The position numbers and the translations under genes are program-made. From the NCBI GenBank assembly GCA_031422435.1, contig JANPLU010000123.1, positions 1 through 64,000 of the forward strand: a stretch of 64,000 bases of DNA, written 5' to 3'. This document shows positions 40,570 through 51,649 of the stretch, piece after piece (the first letter of the stretch is position 1; each line of letters opens with the position of its first letter). Under the pieces are notes generated by a model. The model made no database searches. It saw only the letters and a program-made list of their open reading frames with translations, and was not told the DNA's origin. This stretch comes from Acaryochloridaceae cyanobacterium VAR_48_metabat_390 (lineage in GTDB: Bacteria; Cyanobacteriota; Cyanobacteriia; Thermosynechococcales; Thermosynechococcaceae).

Positions 40570-42162
40570 ATGGACTTTGCCAATCTCGGAAGTCAGCTTA
40601 ATGCGTTGGCTATTTTGCCAGAAAGCGTCGTTACTATTACGCTGCTGGTTGTTCTTGTCAGCGATATCACGTTGGGGCGTACTTCGGTAAAGTGGACGCC
40701 TTATGTGGCGATCTCCGGACTACTCGCTGCGGTCGTTCTGCTGGTGCTCCAGTGGGATCAGCCCAATACCATTGCCTTTTTGGGCAGCTTTAACGCCGAC
40801 AACTTCAGCATTGTCTTTCGCGGCATTATTGCACTGTCGTCTGCGATTACCATTTTGATGTCGGTTCGCTACATCGACCAGGCGGGTAGTGACCTGGGCG
40901 AATTTATCAGCATTTTGCTCGCGGCAACCGTCGGCGGCATGTTTTTGTCCGGTGCCGAAGAGCTGGTCATGATTTTTGTGTCGCTAGAGACGCTGAGTAT
41001 TGCGTCTTACCTGATGACGGGCTACATGAAACGCGACCCGCGCTCGAACGAGGCAGCGCTGAAGTACCTGCTGATTGGGGCATCTAGCTCAGCAATCTTT
41101 TTGTACGGGCTGTCGCTGCTGTACGGTCTATCCGGCGGTCAAACCCATCTGGCAGGGATCGCAGCGGCTTTGGGCAACGGAACCGAAAATTCTTTGGGTC
41201 TACTAATTGCGCTGGTGTTTGTGATTGCGGGCGTCAGCTTCAAAATTGCGGCGGTTCCCTTTCACCAGTGGACTCCTGACGTATATGAGGGTTCCCCTAC
41301 ACCCGTGGTGGCCTTTTTGTCTGTGGGGTCTAAGGCAGCAGGGTTTGCCCTTGCGATTCGGCTACTGACAGACGCATTTCCGGCAGTGGTGGAGGAGTGG
41401 CGCTTTATCTTTACGGCGCTGGCTATTCTGAGCATGGTGCTTGGGAACGTGGTGGCGATCGCCCAAACCAGCATGAAGCGGATGTTGGCCTATTCTTCGA
41501 TTGGTCAGGCAGGCTTCATCATGATTGGCATGGTGGTGGGCACTGAAGCAGGCTACTCCAGCATGGTGTTTTACCTGCTGATCTACCTGTTTATGAACCT
41601 AGGAGCCTTTGCCTGCGTCATTCTGTTTGCCCTGCGAACGGGTACCGACCAAATTAGTGAGTACGCAGGTCTGTACCAGAAAGATCCGCTGCTGACGTTG
41701 GCCTTGAGCATTTGCCTACTGTCGCTGGGCGGCATTCCGCCCTTGGCAGGATTTTTCGGCAAGCTGTACATTTTTTGGGCAGGCTGGCAGGCAGGAGCCT
41801 ATGGCTTGGTGCTGCTGGGGTTAGTCACCAGCGTGGTGTCGATTTACTACTACATCCGCGTTGTAAAGATGATGGTGGTGAAAGAATCCAACGAAATGTC
41901 GGAGGTGATCAAAAACTATCCGGTGATCAACTGGCAGCCTTTTGGTATGAGGCCGTTACAGGTGGGCATTATTTTTGCGATCATCACAACTTCTCTGTCA
42001 GGCATTCTGTCTAATCCGCTGATCACGATTGTGAATCATTCGGTGGCGGATGTGCCGAAGCTCCAGCGCGGTTCAGTCGTGGCTAGAGAGATGGGGAATA
42101 ACGGGCGATCACAGCCTATTGCAGCCGTCATCGCAGCCAAATCCATCGCGCCAAAACTTTAG
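40570..42162 (+). CDS. ndhB: NAD(P)H-quinone oxidoreductase subunit 2
   Basis: [45 protein letters not shown]. Confidence 0.97.
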   Translation: MDFANLGSQLNALAILPESVVTITLLVVLVSDITLGRTSVKWTPYVAISGLLAAVVLLVLQWDQPNTIAFLGSFNADNFSIVFRGIIALSSAITILMSVRYIDQAGSDLGEFISILLAATVGGMFLSGAEELVMIFVSLETLSIASYLMTGYMKRDPRSNEAALKYLLIGASSSAIFLYGLSLLYGLSGGQTHLAGIAAALGNGTENSLGLLIALVFVIAGVSFKIAAVPFHQWTPDVYEGSPTPVVAFLSVGSKAAGFALAIRLLTDAFPAVVEEWRFIFTALAILSMVLGNVVAIAQTSMKRMLAYSSIGQAGFIMIGMVVGTEAGYSSMVFYLLIYLFMNLGAFACVILFALRTGTDQISEYAGLYQKDPLLTLALSICLLSLGGIPPLAGFFGKLYIFWAGWQAGAYGLVLLGLVTSVVSIYYYIRVVKMMVVKESNEMSEVIKNYPVINWQPFGMRPLQVGIIFAIITTSLSGILSNPLITIVNHSVADVPKLQRGSVVAREMGNNGRSQPIAAVIAAKSIAPKL

Positions 42163-42468
42163 TTGAAGACCGATTCGCTATTTTATCTTCTCTTCCAAAC
42201 TGCACCAGACATTTTGTTTGATGTGTTGGGTCGTTTGCCTGCCGTTGAAAATGCCTATGATTTTTGCTCTGTTGAGCTAAAGCAGACAGACTTTCGGATA
42301 GACAGGGTTTTTGTGCCCCGTCCTGAGGCAAATGACTCAACGGTCTACTTCGTCGAAGTGCAGTTTCAGGAAGATGAGTTTTTCTATCAGCGCTTTTTTG
42401 CTGAAATTCTTCTGTATCTGCGTCAAAACCCAACCGTAACTCAATTGCCTCGGCTGGGAGACTGCTGA
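42163..42468 (+). pseudogene. Truncated Rpn/DUF2887 family nuclease (putative transposase)
   Basis: MKTDSLFY.LFQ...SVELKQT.FRID.VF...FVEVQFQ.D..FY.RFFAEI.LYL; ends at 101 aa, well short of intact family members. Confidence 0.8.
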
Positions 42469-42862
42469 CCCGATGGGAAGTTTCCAAAGCCAAACTGTGC
42501 TTAAGCTGCTCTGCCTGTTCAATCAATGCTTACTAATCCAGCACAGCGTAAAATTATGAGAATTTGAACTTGCATTGGTTAGACATTAGTTAAGCATGGG
42601 TACGGTTTACTTTTAGTCTAGAAGACCTGTTTTATCCTGTTTGTGATTTAGATCGAGTAAAGGTGTGATTCGCAACACATTTTTGTGTGGATGCTTCACC
42701 CGCTGAGGATCTGCCCTAGAAATGTAGAACTGTTAAGGAAAGAAATTGTGCCTTTTTACAACAACAGCTACATTTTCTAGTGGGCTACCGCGCGTAAGAG
42801 ACAATTTTGACCTACACTAATCTCGATATTTAACTCTACCGACTGCGATCGCAACTGGTGCT

Positions 42863-44173
42863 ATGACAGGTCTTAAACATTGGAAACGCTGGGCAATTTT
42901 TGGTCTTTTGGGGCTGTGCTTAAGCTGGATGATAAGCTGCGGCAATTCTGCGCCAGAAACGAGCAAGGGACTCGATGAAAAGGGCAAAGCCACCATCGAG
43001 TTTTGGACCATGCAGCTTCAGCCCAAATTTACCGATTATTTCAATGACCTAATTAAGGCATTTGAGCAAGAAAATCCGGCGATCGCCGTGAAGTGGGTAG
43101 ACGTTCCTTGGACTGCAATGCAGAGCAAAATCTTGGCGGCGGTGTCGTCCAAAACAGCACCCGATGTGGTCAATCTCAACCCAGATTTTGCAGCGCAGCT
43201 TGCCGGACGCAACGCATGGCTTGAGCTAGACAGTAAAGTAGACGCTAAAGTTCGTAGTGAATACCTGCCCAATATCTGGAAGGCCAGCACCCTTAATGGC
43301 AAAACCTTTGGCCTGCCTTGGTACTTAACCTCTCGCGTTGCCATTTATAACAGCGATCTGCTGCAAAAAGCAGGAGTAGCTGCTCCGCCTAAAACCTACG
43401 CCGAACTCGCAGCCGTCGCAAAGGCCGTCAAAGAAAAAACGGGCAAGTATGCCTTCTTTGTCACTGCTGCACCAGGAGACTCTGGAGAAATTTTAGAGTC
43501 CTTTGTGCAGATGGGCGTTAAGCTCATTGACGCTCAGGGTCGGGCTGGCTTCAATACCCCAGAAGGGAAAGCCGCCTTTCAATACTGGGCAGACCTGTAT
43601 CAGCAAAAGCTAGTGCCGCCTGAAATGACGACCGAAGGCCATCGTCATAGCGTGGAGCTATACCAGTCAGGGCAGACAGCTCTACTGTCTTCTAGCCCTG
43701 AATTTTTGGGCAATATTGCTACCGATGCGCCTGATGTGGCAAAGGTATCGGTTGCCGCCCCTCAAATTACCGGATCGACGGGCAAGAAAAACGTGGCGGT
43801 CATGAATGTGGTGATTCCCAAAGACACCACCAAGCCGGATGCGGCAATTAAGTTTGCGCTGTTTTTGACCAATCCCAAAAATCAACTGAGCTTTGCGAAA
43901 GCGGCGAACGTTTTACCATCAACCACCGCCTCACTACAAGATCCGTACTTCAGCAAGGTGGCGGCAGACGCAACTTCGATTGATAAGGCTCGTGTGGTTA
44001 GTGCAGGACAAATGAAAGAGGCGGAGGTGCTAGTGCCGACGCTGAAGGACATTAAGTCACTGCAAAAAATTCTCTATGAAAATTTGCAGGCTGTGATGCT
44101 GAAGCAAAAAACGGCGGATCAGGCACTTAAGGATGCTGAAAAAGCCTGGAATCAGGAGTATGCAGCGACCTAA
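42863..44173 (+). CDS. Sugar ABC transporter substrate-binding lipoprotein
   Basis: ISC lipobox, EFWTMQL, APDVVNLNP, GLPWYL. Confidence 0.9.
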   Translation: MTGLKHWKRWAIFGLLGLCLSWMISCGNSAPETSKGLDEKGKATIEFWTMQLQPKFTDYFNDLIKAFEQENPAIAVKWVDVPWTAMQSKILAAVSSKTAPDVVNLNPDFAAQLAGRNAWLELDSKVDAKVRSEYLPNIWKASTLNGKTFGLPWYLTSRVAIYNSDLLQKAGVAAPPKTYAELAAVAKAVKEKTGKYAFFVTAAPGDSGEILESFVQMGVKLIDAQGRAGFNTPEGKAAFQYWADLYQQKLVPPEMTTEGHRHSVELYQSGQTALLSSSPEFLGNIATDAPDVAKVSVAAPQITGSTGKKNVAVMNVVIPKDTTKPDAAIKFALFLTNPKNQLSFAKAANVLPSTTASLQDPYFSKVAADATSIDKARVVSAGQMKEAEVLVPTLKDIKSLQKILYENLQAVMLKQKTADQALKDAEKAWNQEYAAT

Positions 44174-44187
44174 TCAATCAGATTAGA

Positions 44188-45243
44188 TTATTCTTGGTCA
44201 ATCTCAATCCGACCCACTCCCGTTTTAGGATAGTAGTTTTTAAGAATCTGCTCATAGGTAAAGCCCTGCTCCGCCAGTTTGAGCGCCCCAAGCTGGCTCA
44301 TGCCATGCCCTTGAAATGCATCTGAAACAATATCATCAGAAGCAGCATAGAGCGATTCCACAATGCCGCCCCGATAGCTCACAAAAGACCCTGCGGTTTG
44401 GTCAACGGCAGTGCGCGTGGTACCCGCTTCAGATTCAACGCCCTTATAGACCTGATAATACTCATCCGAACCAAGGTGGTACAGCTTATTGGCAGGCTTA
44501 AAGTAGTAGGTCAGCGCATAAGATCGAGCGGCGATCGCCTGAGCCTTGAGTGCCGCCATCGGCCAGCTTGAGGAAACTTCTGCCCCTACCACGCTGTAAA
44601 GATACAGCCGGAGGTTGACATAGTTAACCGCCCAAAGTTTGCCATTATCTGCCACTAGCAAAAGCGTGCCGCGATAACCGCGATCGCCAACATATACAAG
44701 GCTCCCCTGATCGGGGACAACCCAAGTGATTTTGGGTGCTGATTTACCGCCAATAGTCATGGCCTGGGCATCTGCCTGAACCATATAAGGTTGAGAGGCC
44801 GTTAGGCTTTGCAAAGGTTGACCCGATTGGTCAAACAACTTACCGCTGCCAGAGACCGCAATGCTGAGGGATGGTGTACCACTGGCGAGAGCGACATGCA
44901 TCTCAACAGAGGAATCAACATTAGGATAGAGCGTTGAACGCGCCAGTTGACTGCGACGCGCTAGCTCTGCCTTGGAGAGAACGGGTTGTCTCGCTGAGGA
45001 GGGTTGAGTAGAGATAGACGGTTGGGGCATCGGTAAGGCCGCTTGGGGCGTAGCACTAGGGCGGACACTCAAAAAGGGAAAGACCGAAACGGTTGGGCTA
45101 TGGGAGATAAAGGGAACTGGCGTAACGGTACAGTTTTGCGCAGGGCGCACCATTGCCCAAATCGGAATGACAACGAAGGGCAATGGCAATAGCCATAACC
45201 CGAACTTAAGAAACTTCGGTACAGTAGGTTTTGTCATGGTCAC
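44188..45243 (-). CDS. SpoIID/LytB domain protein
   Basis: YLYSVVGAEV...ALKAQAIAARSYA...QVYKG...GHGMSQ.GA...ILKNYYP. Confidence 0.92.
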   Translation of the reverse strand: MTMTKPTVPKFLKFGLWLLPLPFVVIPIWAMVRPAQNCTVTPVPFISHSPTVSVFPFLSVRPSATPQAALPMPQPSISTQPSSARQPVLSKAELARRSQLARSTLYPNVDSSVEMHVALASGTPSLSIAVSGSGKLFDQSGQPLQSLTASQPYMVQADAQAMTIGGKSAPKITWVVPDQGSLVYVGDRGYRGTLLLVADNGKLWAVNYVNLRLYLYSVVGAEVSSSWPMAALKAQAIAARSYALTYYFKPANKLYHLGSDEYYQVYKGVESEAGTTRTAVDQTAGSFVSYRGGIVESLYAASDDIVSDAFQGHGMSQLGALKLAEQGFTYEQILKNYYPKTGVGRIEIDQE

Positions 45244-45269
45244 GGATGACTGTAGGCGCTAGAGACAGC

Positions 45270-45875
45270 ATGAGTCAAGATATTCGCATTTGTTTTGTGG
45301 GAGATTCTTTTGTCAATGGCACGGGCGATCGCACCTACTTAGGCTGGACAGGCCGATTATGTACGGGATTAGCAAAGCAAGGCAGAGACGTCACTCACTA
45401 TAATTTAGGCGTTCGCCGAGACACCAGTGTTGATATTTGGAAACGATGGGAGGGTGAAACAGCGCATCGGTTGCCCTACGGCTGCGATAACCGCATTGTC
45501 TTTTGCTTTGGCACTAACGATACAACCTGGGAAAACGGACAGCCACGAGTCGAACTAATTGATTCTTTAAGGCACTGCCGTCGGATTCTAACCACGGCAA
45601 ACAAACAATACCCCGTTTTGATGATTAGTCCGCCTCCCATTGCTGACTCTAAGCAAAACGCCCTTACAGAAAAACGCTGCGAAGATTTTTTGCTCACGTG
45701 TTCGGAGTTAAAGATTCCTTATCTGGATATCTTTACGCCCTTAAGTCAGTCCCAATCTTGGCATAAGGCAGTTGAGGCAGGCGATGGATCACATCCTGGT
45801 GCAGATGGGTACGTAGAGATTGCTGATCTGATCCAAGAATGGTCAGTCTGGCAGCATTGGTTTGATGCCCCATGA
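45270..45875 (+). CDS. GDSL/SGNH hydrolase
   Basis: FVGDSFVNG, NLGVR, FGTND, DGSHP. Confidence 0.92.
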   Translation: MSQDIRICFVGDSFVNGTGDRTYLGWTGRLCTGLAKQGRDVTHYNLGVRRDTSVDIWKRWEGETAHRLPYGCDNRIVFCFGTNDTTWENGQPRVELIDSLRHCRRILTTANKQYPVLMISPPPIADSKQNALTEKRCEDFLLTCSELKIPYLDIFTPLSQSQSWHKAVEAGDGSHPGADGYVEIADLIQEWSVWQHWFDAP

Positions 45876-46183
45876 TTGTAGAGTGGTTACGGATTAAGGT
45901 AGCACCAGAATACCGAGAAACGTTTGTCCAAAAAGACGATGAGATCTGGACTTCTTTTTTAAGGCAATGTCCAGGTTTTCTGCACAAGGAAGTTTGGATT
46001 AGTCCAGATGACTTTAGCGAAGTGATGATTGCAATCTACTGGGCGACAGTTGAACAGCAGCAGGCGATCCCAAAAGCAGCGCTAGATGCCGTTGAACAAA
46101 TTTTTTTGGCAGCGCTAGCAGTTCCGTTTCAACCGCTCGAAATTAAGCTGTATCAGGTTCGTAAAACGACTATCATCCGCTAA
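45872..46183 (+). CDS. TIGR03792 family (ABM-like) cyanobacterial protein
   Basis: MIVEWLRIKV...DDEIWT.FL...PGFL.KEVW. Confidence 0.85.
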   Translation: MIVEWLRIKVAPEYRETFVQKDDEIWTSFLRQCPGFLHKEVWISPDDFSEVMIAIYWATVEQQQAIPKAALDAVEQIFLAALAVPFQPLEIKLYQVRKTTIIR

Positions 46184-47511
46184 AGCGTAAACGTAAAGTC
46201 TCGAATAAGCATACCTGGCACCTGAGCACCGCCCAACGATCGCCCCCCGTAAGTATCCACGTCCGCCACAAATGCCTGAAAATCTGTCACTGCTTCTAAG
46301 TTCTCGCCTAAGAATGAATAGAGGCTATCATCAAAGCGCAGATCTTTGATGGGTGCCACAATCTCGCCGCCCTCTACCCAGAAACAGGCGTAGCGGGTCA
46401 TGCCCGTAATGCGTCCGCTGGGGCGATCGCTCCAATTCAAATAATGCAGATTCGAGAGATACAGCCCAGTATCGAGCTGCTTCAGAATGTCACCAGACGT
46501 AAGGGTACCCATTGAAACTTCAGGGGCACGGAGGCTTTCGCCACTGTTGGCGGCATTGCTCACTACGCCATATTCTTTTGCAGTACGGGCATTGATCAGG
46601 GTATTAGTAAGGTTCCCTTGGTCAATCAGCAACACCTCTTCTGGCGCAATTTCGCCCAAACTATTGAAGCGGGGCACGGTACCACGACTAAAGTTTTCGC
46701 GCAGCGAGAAGAGTGGCGATAGGGCTTTACCTTCCCGCAGTTTAAGCAGGGCGCTACCACCCTGCCGCAATGATGATTCACTGACGGCTCCCCAAGAAAA
46801 CATGGAGAGCATTTCCGCCACTGCTGCGGGTGCCAAGTAGGTTCGATACCGTCCTGGCGCAATCGTTTTGACAGGACGATCCATCACCTCAAGCTGGGCT
46901 TTGGAGGCTTCAATCTCAGACTGGAACTGTTCTTGACTCCAGTTTTGACCTGCCAGGGTGGCCTTCACCGCCTTCTCAGAGGGGGCAATCATTGAATAGT
47001 CGAGAAAAAAGGTTTCCGTGGCAAACCAATGGCGCTGTCCCGCGGAGTTGGCATTGGCGCGAAGGATAGAGCCAGAAGCATAAATTCCGGTAAAGTCTAC
47101 ACCCTGCACGAGGGGTAAAATGGCCTGGGGTGCATCTTCAGGAGCCAAGAGCTGTCCGGTATAGACCTCATGGCTAGAGCCATAGTTTTGAGGCAGCACG
47201 AGGTATGGATCGACAGGGAGTTGAGGAAGTTCTTGCCGCAGGTCTTTGAGGGCTTCTAGGGCGATCGCACTGTCCACCGCCAAACACCCCGTAAAAGAAA
47301 CCGAGGCGGTTGCCGTGCGCTGATTATGGCTCAGACGAAGAGATAGATCGCCATCGGTGACGGTGCCTGACTGGCGAATTTTGCCATGATTGAGCCGCAT
47401 AAAGTGGCTTTCTTCGCCAGACAGGTCAATGGTTAGATGTTCTTCTGCGCCCAAGCTATTTAGCAGCAGATCGCAAAGCTGATTGAAAGACTGCTCCCAC
47501 TGCTGACTCAT
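46180..47511 (-). CDS. TldE/PmbA family protein
   Basis: PGRYRTYLAPAAV, LHYLNWSD...RITGMTRYACFWVE; paired with TldD. Confidence 0.88.
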   Translation of the reverse strand: MSQQWEQSFNQLCDLLLNSLGAEEHLTIDLSGEESHFMRLNHGKIRQSGTVTDGDLSLRLSHNQRTATASVSFTGCLAVDSAIALEALKDLRQELPQLPVDPYLVLPQNYGSSHEVYTGQLLAPEDAPQAILPLVQGVDFTGIYASGSILRANANSAGQRHWFATETFFLDYSMIAPSEKAVKATLAGQNWSQEQFQSEIEASKAQLEVMDRPVKTIAPGRYRTYLAPAAVAEMLSMFSWGAVSESSLRQGGSALLKLREGKALSPLFSLRENFSRGTVPRFNSLGEIAPEEVLLIDQGNLTNTLINARTAKEYGVVSNAANSGESLRAPEVSMGTLTSGDILKQLDTGLYLSNLHYLNWSDRPSGRITGMTRYACFWVEGGEIVAPIKDLRFDDSLYSFLGENLEAVTDFQAFVADVDTYGGRSLGGAQVPGMLIRDFTFTL

Positions 47512-48947
47512 GCTACGCCTCCGAAGACTTCGATGTTGTTAAAGACGCACATGGGCGATGCATGACCTACGCGAATGGCCTGGTTAGGTTCGCCTTTGCC
47601 GCAGTAGGGGGTGCCGTACATGGCTACAGTGTGGCGATCGCCCACTTTCACCAAGCTTCGCCAAAACTGATTTGTCACACCACGATAGTTAGGGTTGCGG
47701 ACGGTTCGCGTCAACTTGCCGTTTTCGATGAGCTTGGCGTATTCGCAGCCAAACTGAAACTTATTGCGGTAGTCATCAATAGACCAAGAACGGTTTGATT
47801 CCATATACACACCAAACTCAACGTCCCTAATCATGTCCTCGAAGGTGCTGGTGCCGGGTTCTAGGTTCAGGTTTGCCATGCGATCAATGGGCGGACGGTT
47901 CCAAGATGTAGCGCGGAAGTTTGCAACCCCAGGCACTTGCGATCGGGTTTGGCTTTCTAAGCTACCTAGCCCTCGCAGCAGTAGCCCTTCTTTGATTAAA
48001 TACTCACGCTGGGCAGGGGTGCCGCCATCATCAAAGGCGTAGCCTGCAAACTCGCCTGGGACGGTGGGGTCAAAGGTAACGTTCATGAGGGGCGACCCGT
48101 AGACGAGAGTGCCAAAGTCGGAGAGCTTCACAAAGCTGGATCCGGCATAGTTGCGCTCATCGCCCAAGATGCGGTCTAGCTCTAGGGGATGCCCGATGCT
48201 CTCATGAATTTGCAGCATCATCTGGTCAGGTGCCAGCACGAGGGTGGTGGCGGTGGTAGGGCATTCTTCAGAACCCAATAGCTCCACGGACTGCTCTCCA
48301 ATTTGACGGGCGCGCGCTAACACAGCGGCAGGGTCAAAAACCTCTACGCCTGCTTGGTAGCAGCGAGCCAGTTGACCGTTATCGGTACGCTTTTGCGTGA
48401 CGGTGCCATCCTGAGCAGTGGAGGCGTAGTCGGTTTCCACAAAGAAAAAGCGCTGGTACACATCAGAACCGTTGCTGCTAACAAACCGCTGTTCGGTTTC
48501 GACAGTTTGAGCCATGGCGCTGGTCTGCACTACCTTATCGGAGACTTTGAGGGTAGTGCAGACTTGGGTAAGTAGCCCCACAAGGTCTGAGACGCTGATG
48601 CTATCGGAGGGCTGCTGTAGGGGGGAGGTATACTGCCCAACGGCTTTGGGGCGCACATCTGGAGTAAAGGAATGAATAGCCCACGGGGCGGCGGCAACGG
48701 CCTGCTGTTGAGCCTGCTCTGCGGCGGCTTGAATGCCTACTTGGTCGAGGCGATTGGTGGCAGCGTAGCCAAATTGACCGTTGGCGAGTACTTCGACCAT
48801 AACGCCTTCGGTGCAAGATTGGCGGTTGGCTTCGGGGTTGCCATCACGGACGTAGCGGGTGGAGGCTTTTTCTGAGACTTGACGTAGGCCGACCCATTCG
48901 GCTTCTATGATTAGGTTGTTAAGGGCCTTGTGTAAATCAAACGCCAT
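47508..48947 (-). CDS. tldD: TldD family metalloprotease
   Basis: QIHESIGHPLELDR (HExxxH), PIDRMANLN, CGKGEP. Confidence 0.9.
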   Translation of the reverse strand: MAFDLHKALNNLIIEAEWVGLRQVSEKASTRYVRDGNPEANRQSCTEGVMVEVLANGQFGYAATNRLDQVGIQAAAEQAQQQAVAAAPWAIHSFTPDVRPKAVGQYTSPLQQPSDSISVSDLVGLLTQVCTTLKVSDKVVQTSAMAQTVETEQRFVSSNGSDVYQRFFFVETDYASTAQDGTVTQKRTDNGQLARCYQAGVEVFDPAAVLARARQIGEQSVELLGSEECPTTATTLVLAPDQMMLQIHESIGHPLELDRILGDERNYAGSSFVKLSDFGTLVYGSPLMNVTFDPTVPGEFAGYAFDDGGTPAQREYLIKEGLLLRGLGSLESQTRSQVPGVANFRATSWNRPPIDRMANLNLEPGTSTFEDMIRDVEFGVYMESNRSWSIDDYRNKFQFGCEYAKLIENGKLTRTVRNPNYRGVTNQFWRSLVKVGDRHTVAMYGTPYCGKGEPNQAIRVGHASPMCVFNNIEVFGGVA

Positions 48948-49353
48948 AAGCTATTTTTGGTGGCAACCAGACAAATATAGGGGCTAGTCTAGCGTTTCTT
49001 CGTGAATAGGGTCACTATTACTGAAGTCGGTTTGCAATATGGGTCATGCTGAGACAGCCGCAACAAAATGCTTTCCGTATTCTTGATACCAGCCATTTAA
49101 TCAGCACAAAGATGATCGTCAGTCAGGTGAGGATATTTACCCTCTTTGTAAAAGAACCTCAAGAACAGGTGGAGTTATCTGCCTTGATTTTTACGCCCAC
49201 TTCGTACTTCTGTTTCGTATGCCAGGCGTTACTTCATAATTTTGCCCAGCGTATCGACCAGGTGAAATTAAGATTAATAAATTCGGTCTACAATGACGAC
49301 AGCACAGCAAATTAATCAGCAATGTTTTATCCTTAAGGTTAGAGTAATAATGA

Positions 49354-49638
49354 ATGTCTCAGGATCAGCCGCCTAGCAGTAAGGATGAGTTTCTGCGCCC
49401 ACGCAGTCGATATTACGGCGAATTTACGCCTACCAACTTAGTGTTTAACTCCAACCTACAGGAGTTTGCAGCTCAGGTTGGGTTTATTTGCGCCCTAGAG
49501 ACCAATGGCAAGATCTCTAGCGCCGAAGCCTATCGGCAAATTAAAGATTTGTTCAAAACCCTGAAGCATAGCAAAAAAGAATTGGGCATCGGAAAGTCAA
49601 ACCTCAATGGGGGGACAGAGTCGCCGCCGCTGGACTGA
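49354..49638 (+). CDS. Conserved cyanobacterial hypothetical protein
   Basis: FL.PRSRYYGEFTP.NLVFN.NLQEFA.QV..IC.LET.GKIS family pattern. Confidence 0.8.
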   Translation: MSQDQPPSSKDEFLRPRSRYYGEFTPTNLVFNSNLQEFAAQVGFICALETNGKISSAEAYRQIKDLFKTLKHSKKELGIGKSNLNGGTESPPLD

Positions 49639-49702
49639 GTGAATAGAGGCTAGACAGCGATATATTGAAAACTCTTGGGCAGACCGTTGGGTGAGTCACA
49701 CT

Positions 49703-50377
49703 ATGTCTGAGTTCAGCAAGTCTTCGTGGGATTTTGGGCGGTTCTTACAAACCCTCAATTACTTTGAAGCAGTCCCTCTGTTAAGTTGGGTTCAAAAAAT
49801 GTTTACTGGTGCTACGCCTCCACCTACCCCACAGCCACAGGCTGGCATCATCTTTAATTTCCAAGATGCTTCACTACCCTTGAGCCAAATCTGGGGTGCG
49901 TTAGATGATGTCGTCATGGGCGGCGTTAGTGCCAGTACGCTTCAGCAAGCAGCCGACGGAGCATTATTTACAGGCGATGTCTCAACGGCAAACTCCGGTG
50001 GCTTTGCATCCGTGCGAACTCGAAACTTTGAACCACCCTTGAATCTTTTAAACACAACAGGCTTAGAACTGCGAATTAAGGGGGATGGAAAGCGCTACAA
50101 GCTGCTGGTGCGGGATGAAGACAGTTGGGATAGCGTCGCCTATGCCTACTCCTTTGATACCGTAAACAACCAATGGGAAACAGTGCGGGTTCCATTTTCT
50201 AAACTGGTACCTGTTTTTCGTGCTAAAACCGTCAAAGATGGCTCGTCTTTTAATTCAGGCCGCATCCGATCTTTTCAGCTCATGCTGAGCAAATTTGAGT
50301 ATGACGGGGTCTTAAATCCTCATTTTGAGGCGGGTGCTTTTACGCTACTGGTGCAGTCGATTGGGGTTTATTCGTGA
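49703..50377 (+). CDS. CIA30 (NDUFAF1-like) family protein
   Basis: WGALDDVVMGGVS, NSGGFASVR, KGDGKRYK, LMLSKFEYDG.LNP.F. Confidence 0.9.
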   Translation: MSEFSKSSWDFGRFLQTLNYFEAVPLLSWVQKMFTGATPPPTPQPQAGIIFNFQDASLPLSQIWGALDDVVMGGVSASTLQQAADGALFTGDVSTANSGGFASVRTRNFEPPLNLLNTTGLELRIKGDGKRYKLLVRDEDSWDSVAYAYSFDTVNNQWETVRVPFSKLVPVFRAKTVKDGSSFNSGRIRSFQLMLSKFEYDGVLNPHFEAGAFTLLVQSIGVYS

Positions 50378-50387
50378 CGCCATCCCC

Positions 50388-51644
50388 ATGAGCATTGTGT
50401 GGCTTTTTGTCGTGGTGGGTTTGGCCTTCTTTTTAGCCTGGAACCTTGGCGCGAATGATGTTGCCAACGCAATGGGCACTTCGGTAGGGTCTAAAGCTAT
50501 TACGCTGCGTCAGGCGATCGCGTTGGCGGGGGTTTTAGAGCTGACGGGCGCGGTTTTCTTTGGTCAAGAGGTGACAGCTACTCTAACGGGGAAGGTTGCG
50601 CCCCTCCAGCTTTTTGAAGGGCACCCCCAGCTTTTTGTGGTCAGTATTGTGGCAGAGCTGTTAGCCACCAGCCTTTGGCTACTGTTTGCAACCTGGCAGG
50701 GTTGGCCTGTGGCATCTTCTCATGCGGCAGTGGGGGCGATCGCCGCCATTAACCTCATTGCCTTTGGTCTAAACGCCCTGGATGGGGCAATGGTTCGCAC
50801 AATTGTAGTGAGCTGGGTTCTCACCCCCTTTGCTAGCGGACTGGTGTCTGCTGTCTGTTTCTGGATCCTCCAGCGGACGGTGTTAGCTCAGCCTTCCCCT
50901 ATGGAGCGCTGGCAACATTGGAATCCCTGGCTGAGCGTTGCGCTTGTAGGGATAGTGGGCGGACTGGTGTTTCCCACCGTGGTCGAACCCGCAGCATCTT
51001 TTATGGAGGGGCATTGGCATTGGACATTACCCCATCACGACTATGCGTTAGGGCTGGGGCTGTTGGGGTTACTGGGGTTAACCCTCTGGACTCTACCCAT
51101 TCTGAACCCTGAAATGGAAGCAGAAAACATCGTCGTAGAACGGCAGCTCGCTAAATTTCAGGTCGTCAGCGCCTGCTGTATGGCCTTTGCCCACGGCTCG
51201 AATGATGTTGGTAACGCGGTGGCTCCCTTAGCAAGCTTTGCAGCGTTCTGGCAGACCCAGACGATTCCTGTGACGGGCGTTGTTGTGCCGCTCTGGACGC
51301 TATTGCTGGGGGGCGTTGGCATTGTAATTGGGCTGGCAACCTGGGGTAAAAAAGTGATTGTGACCGTCGGGGAACAGCTCACCGTACTACAGCCTAGCTC
51401 GGGGTTTTGCGCGGAGTTGGGTGCAGCCGCCACGGTTTTGCTAGCATCTCGCTGGGGACTGCCCGTGTCAACCACCCATGCTTTGGTGGGGAGTGTCGTT
51501 GGCATTGGGCTGGTGCAGGGTGCCACATCCCTTCAGGGAGCAACGGTGCGCCAAATTGCAGCGGCCTGGTTTATTACGGTTCCGGCAGCGATGGCAGTGG
51601 CTGGAGCTGTGTTTGTAGGGCTGCGATTGCTCCTCTCGGTATAG
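50388..51644 (+). CDS. Inorganic phosphate transporter (PiT family)
   Basis: GANDVANAMGTSVGS, HGSNDVGNA, PVSTTH signatures. Confidence 0.93.
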   Translation: MSIVWLFVVVGLAFFLAWNLGANDVANAMGTSVGSKAITLRQAIALAGVLELTGAVFFGQEVTATLTGKVAPLQLFEGHPQLFVVSIVAELLATSLWLLFATWQGWPVASSHAAVGAIAAINLIAFGLNALDGAMVRTIVVSWVLTPFASGLVSAVCFWILQRTVLAQPSPMERWQHWNPWLSVALVGIVGGLVFPTVVEPAASFMEGHWHWTLPHHDYALGLGLLGLLGLTLWTLPILNPEMEAENIVVERQLAKFQVVSACCMAFAHGSNDVGNAVAPLASFAAFWQTQTIPVTGVVVPLWTLLLGGVGIVIGLATWGKKVIVTVGEQLTVLQPSSGFCAELGAAATVLLASRWGLPVSTTHALVGSVVGIGLVQGATSLQGATVRQIAAAWFITVPAAMAVAGAVFVGLRLLLSV

Positions 51645-51649
51645 CCTTA

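Noticed and set aside
46180..48947. TldD/TldE as part of a RiPP (microcin-like) cluster
   Set aside because: No precursor peptide, YcaO/cyclodehydratase or exporter nearby.
49046..49315. 89-aa ORF between tldD and the conserved hypothetical gene
   Set aside because: No recognisable motif or RBS; lies in a divergent promoter region; could not be supported either way.
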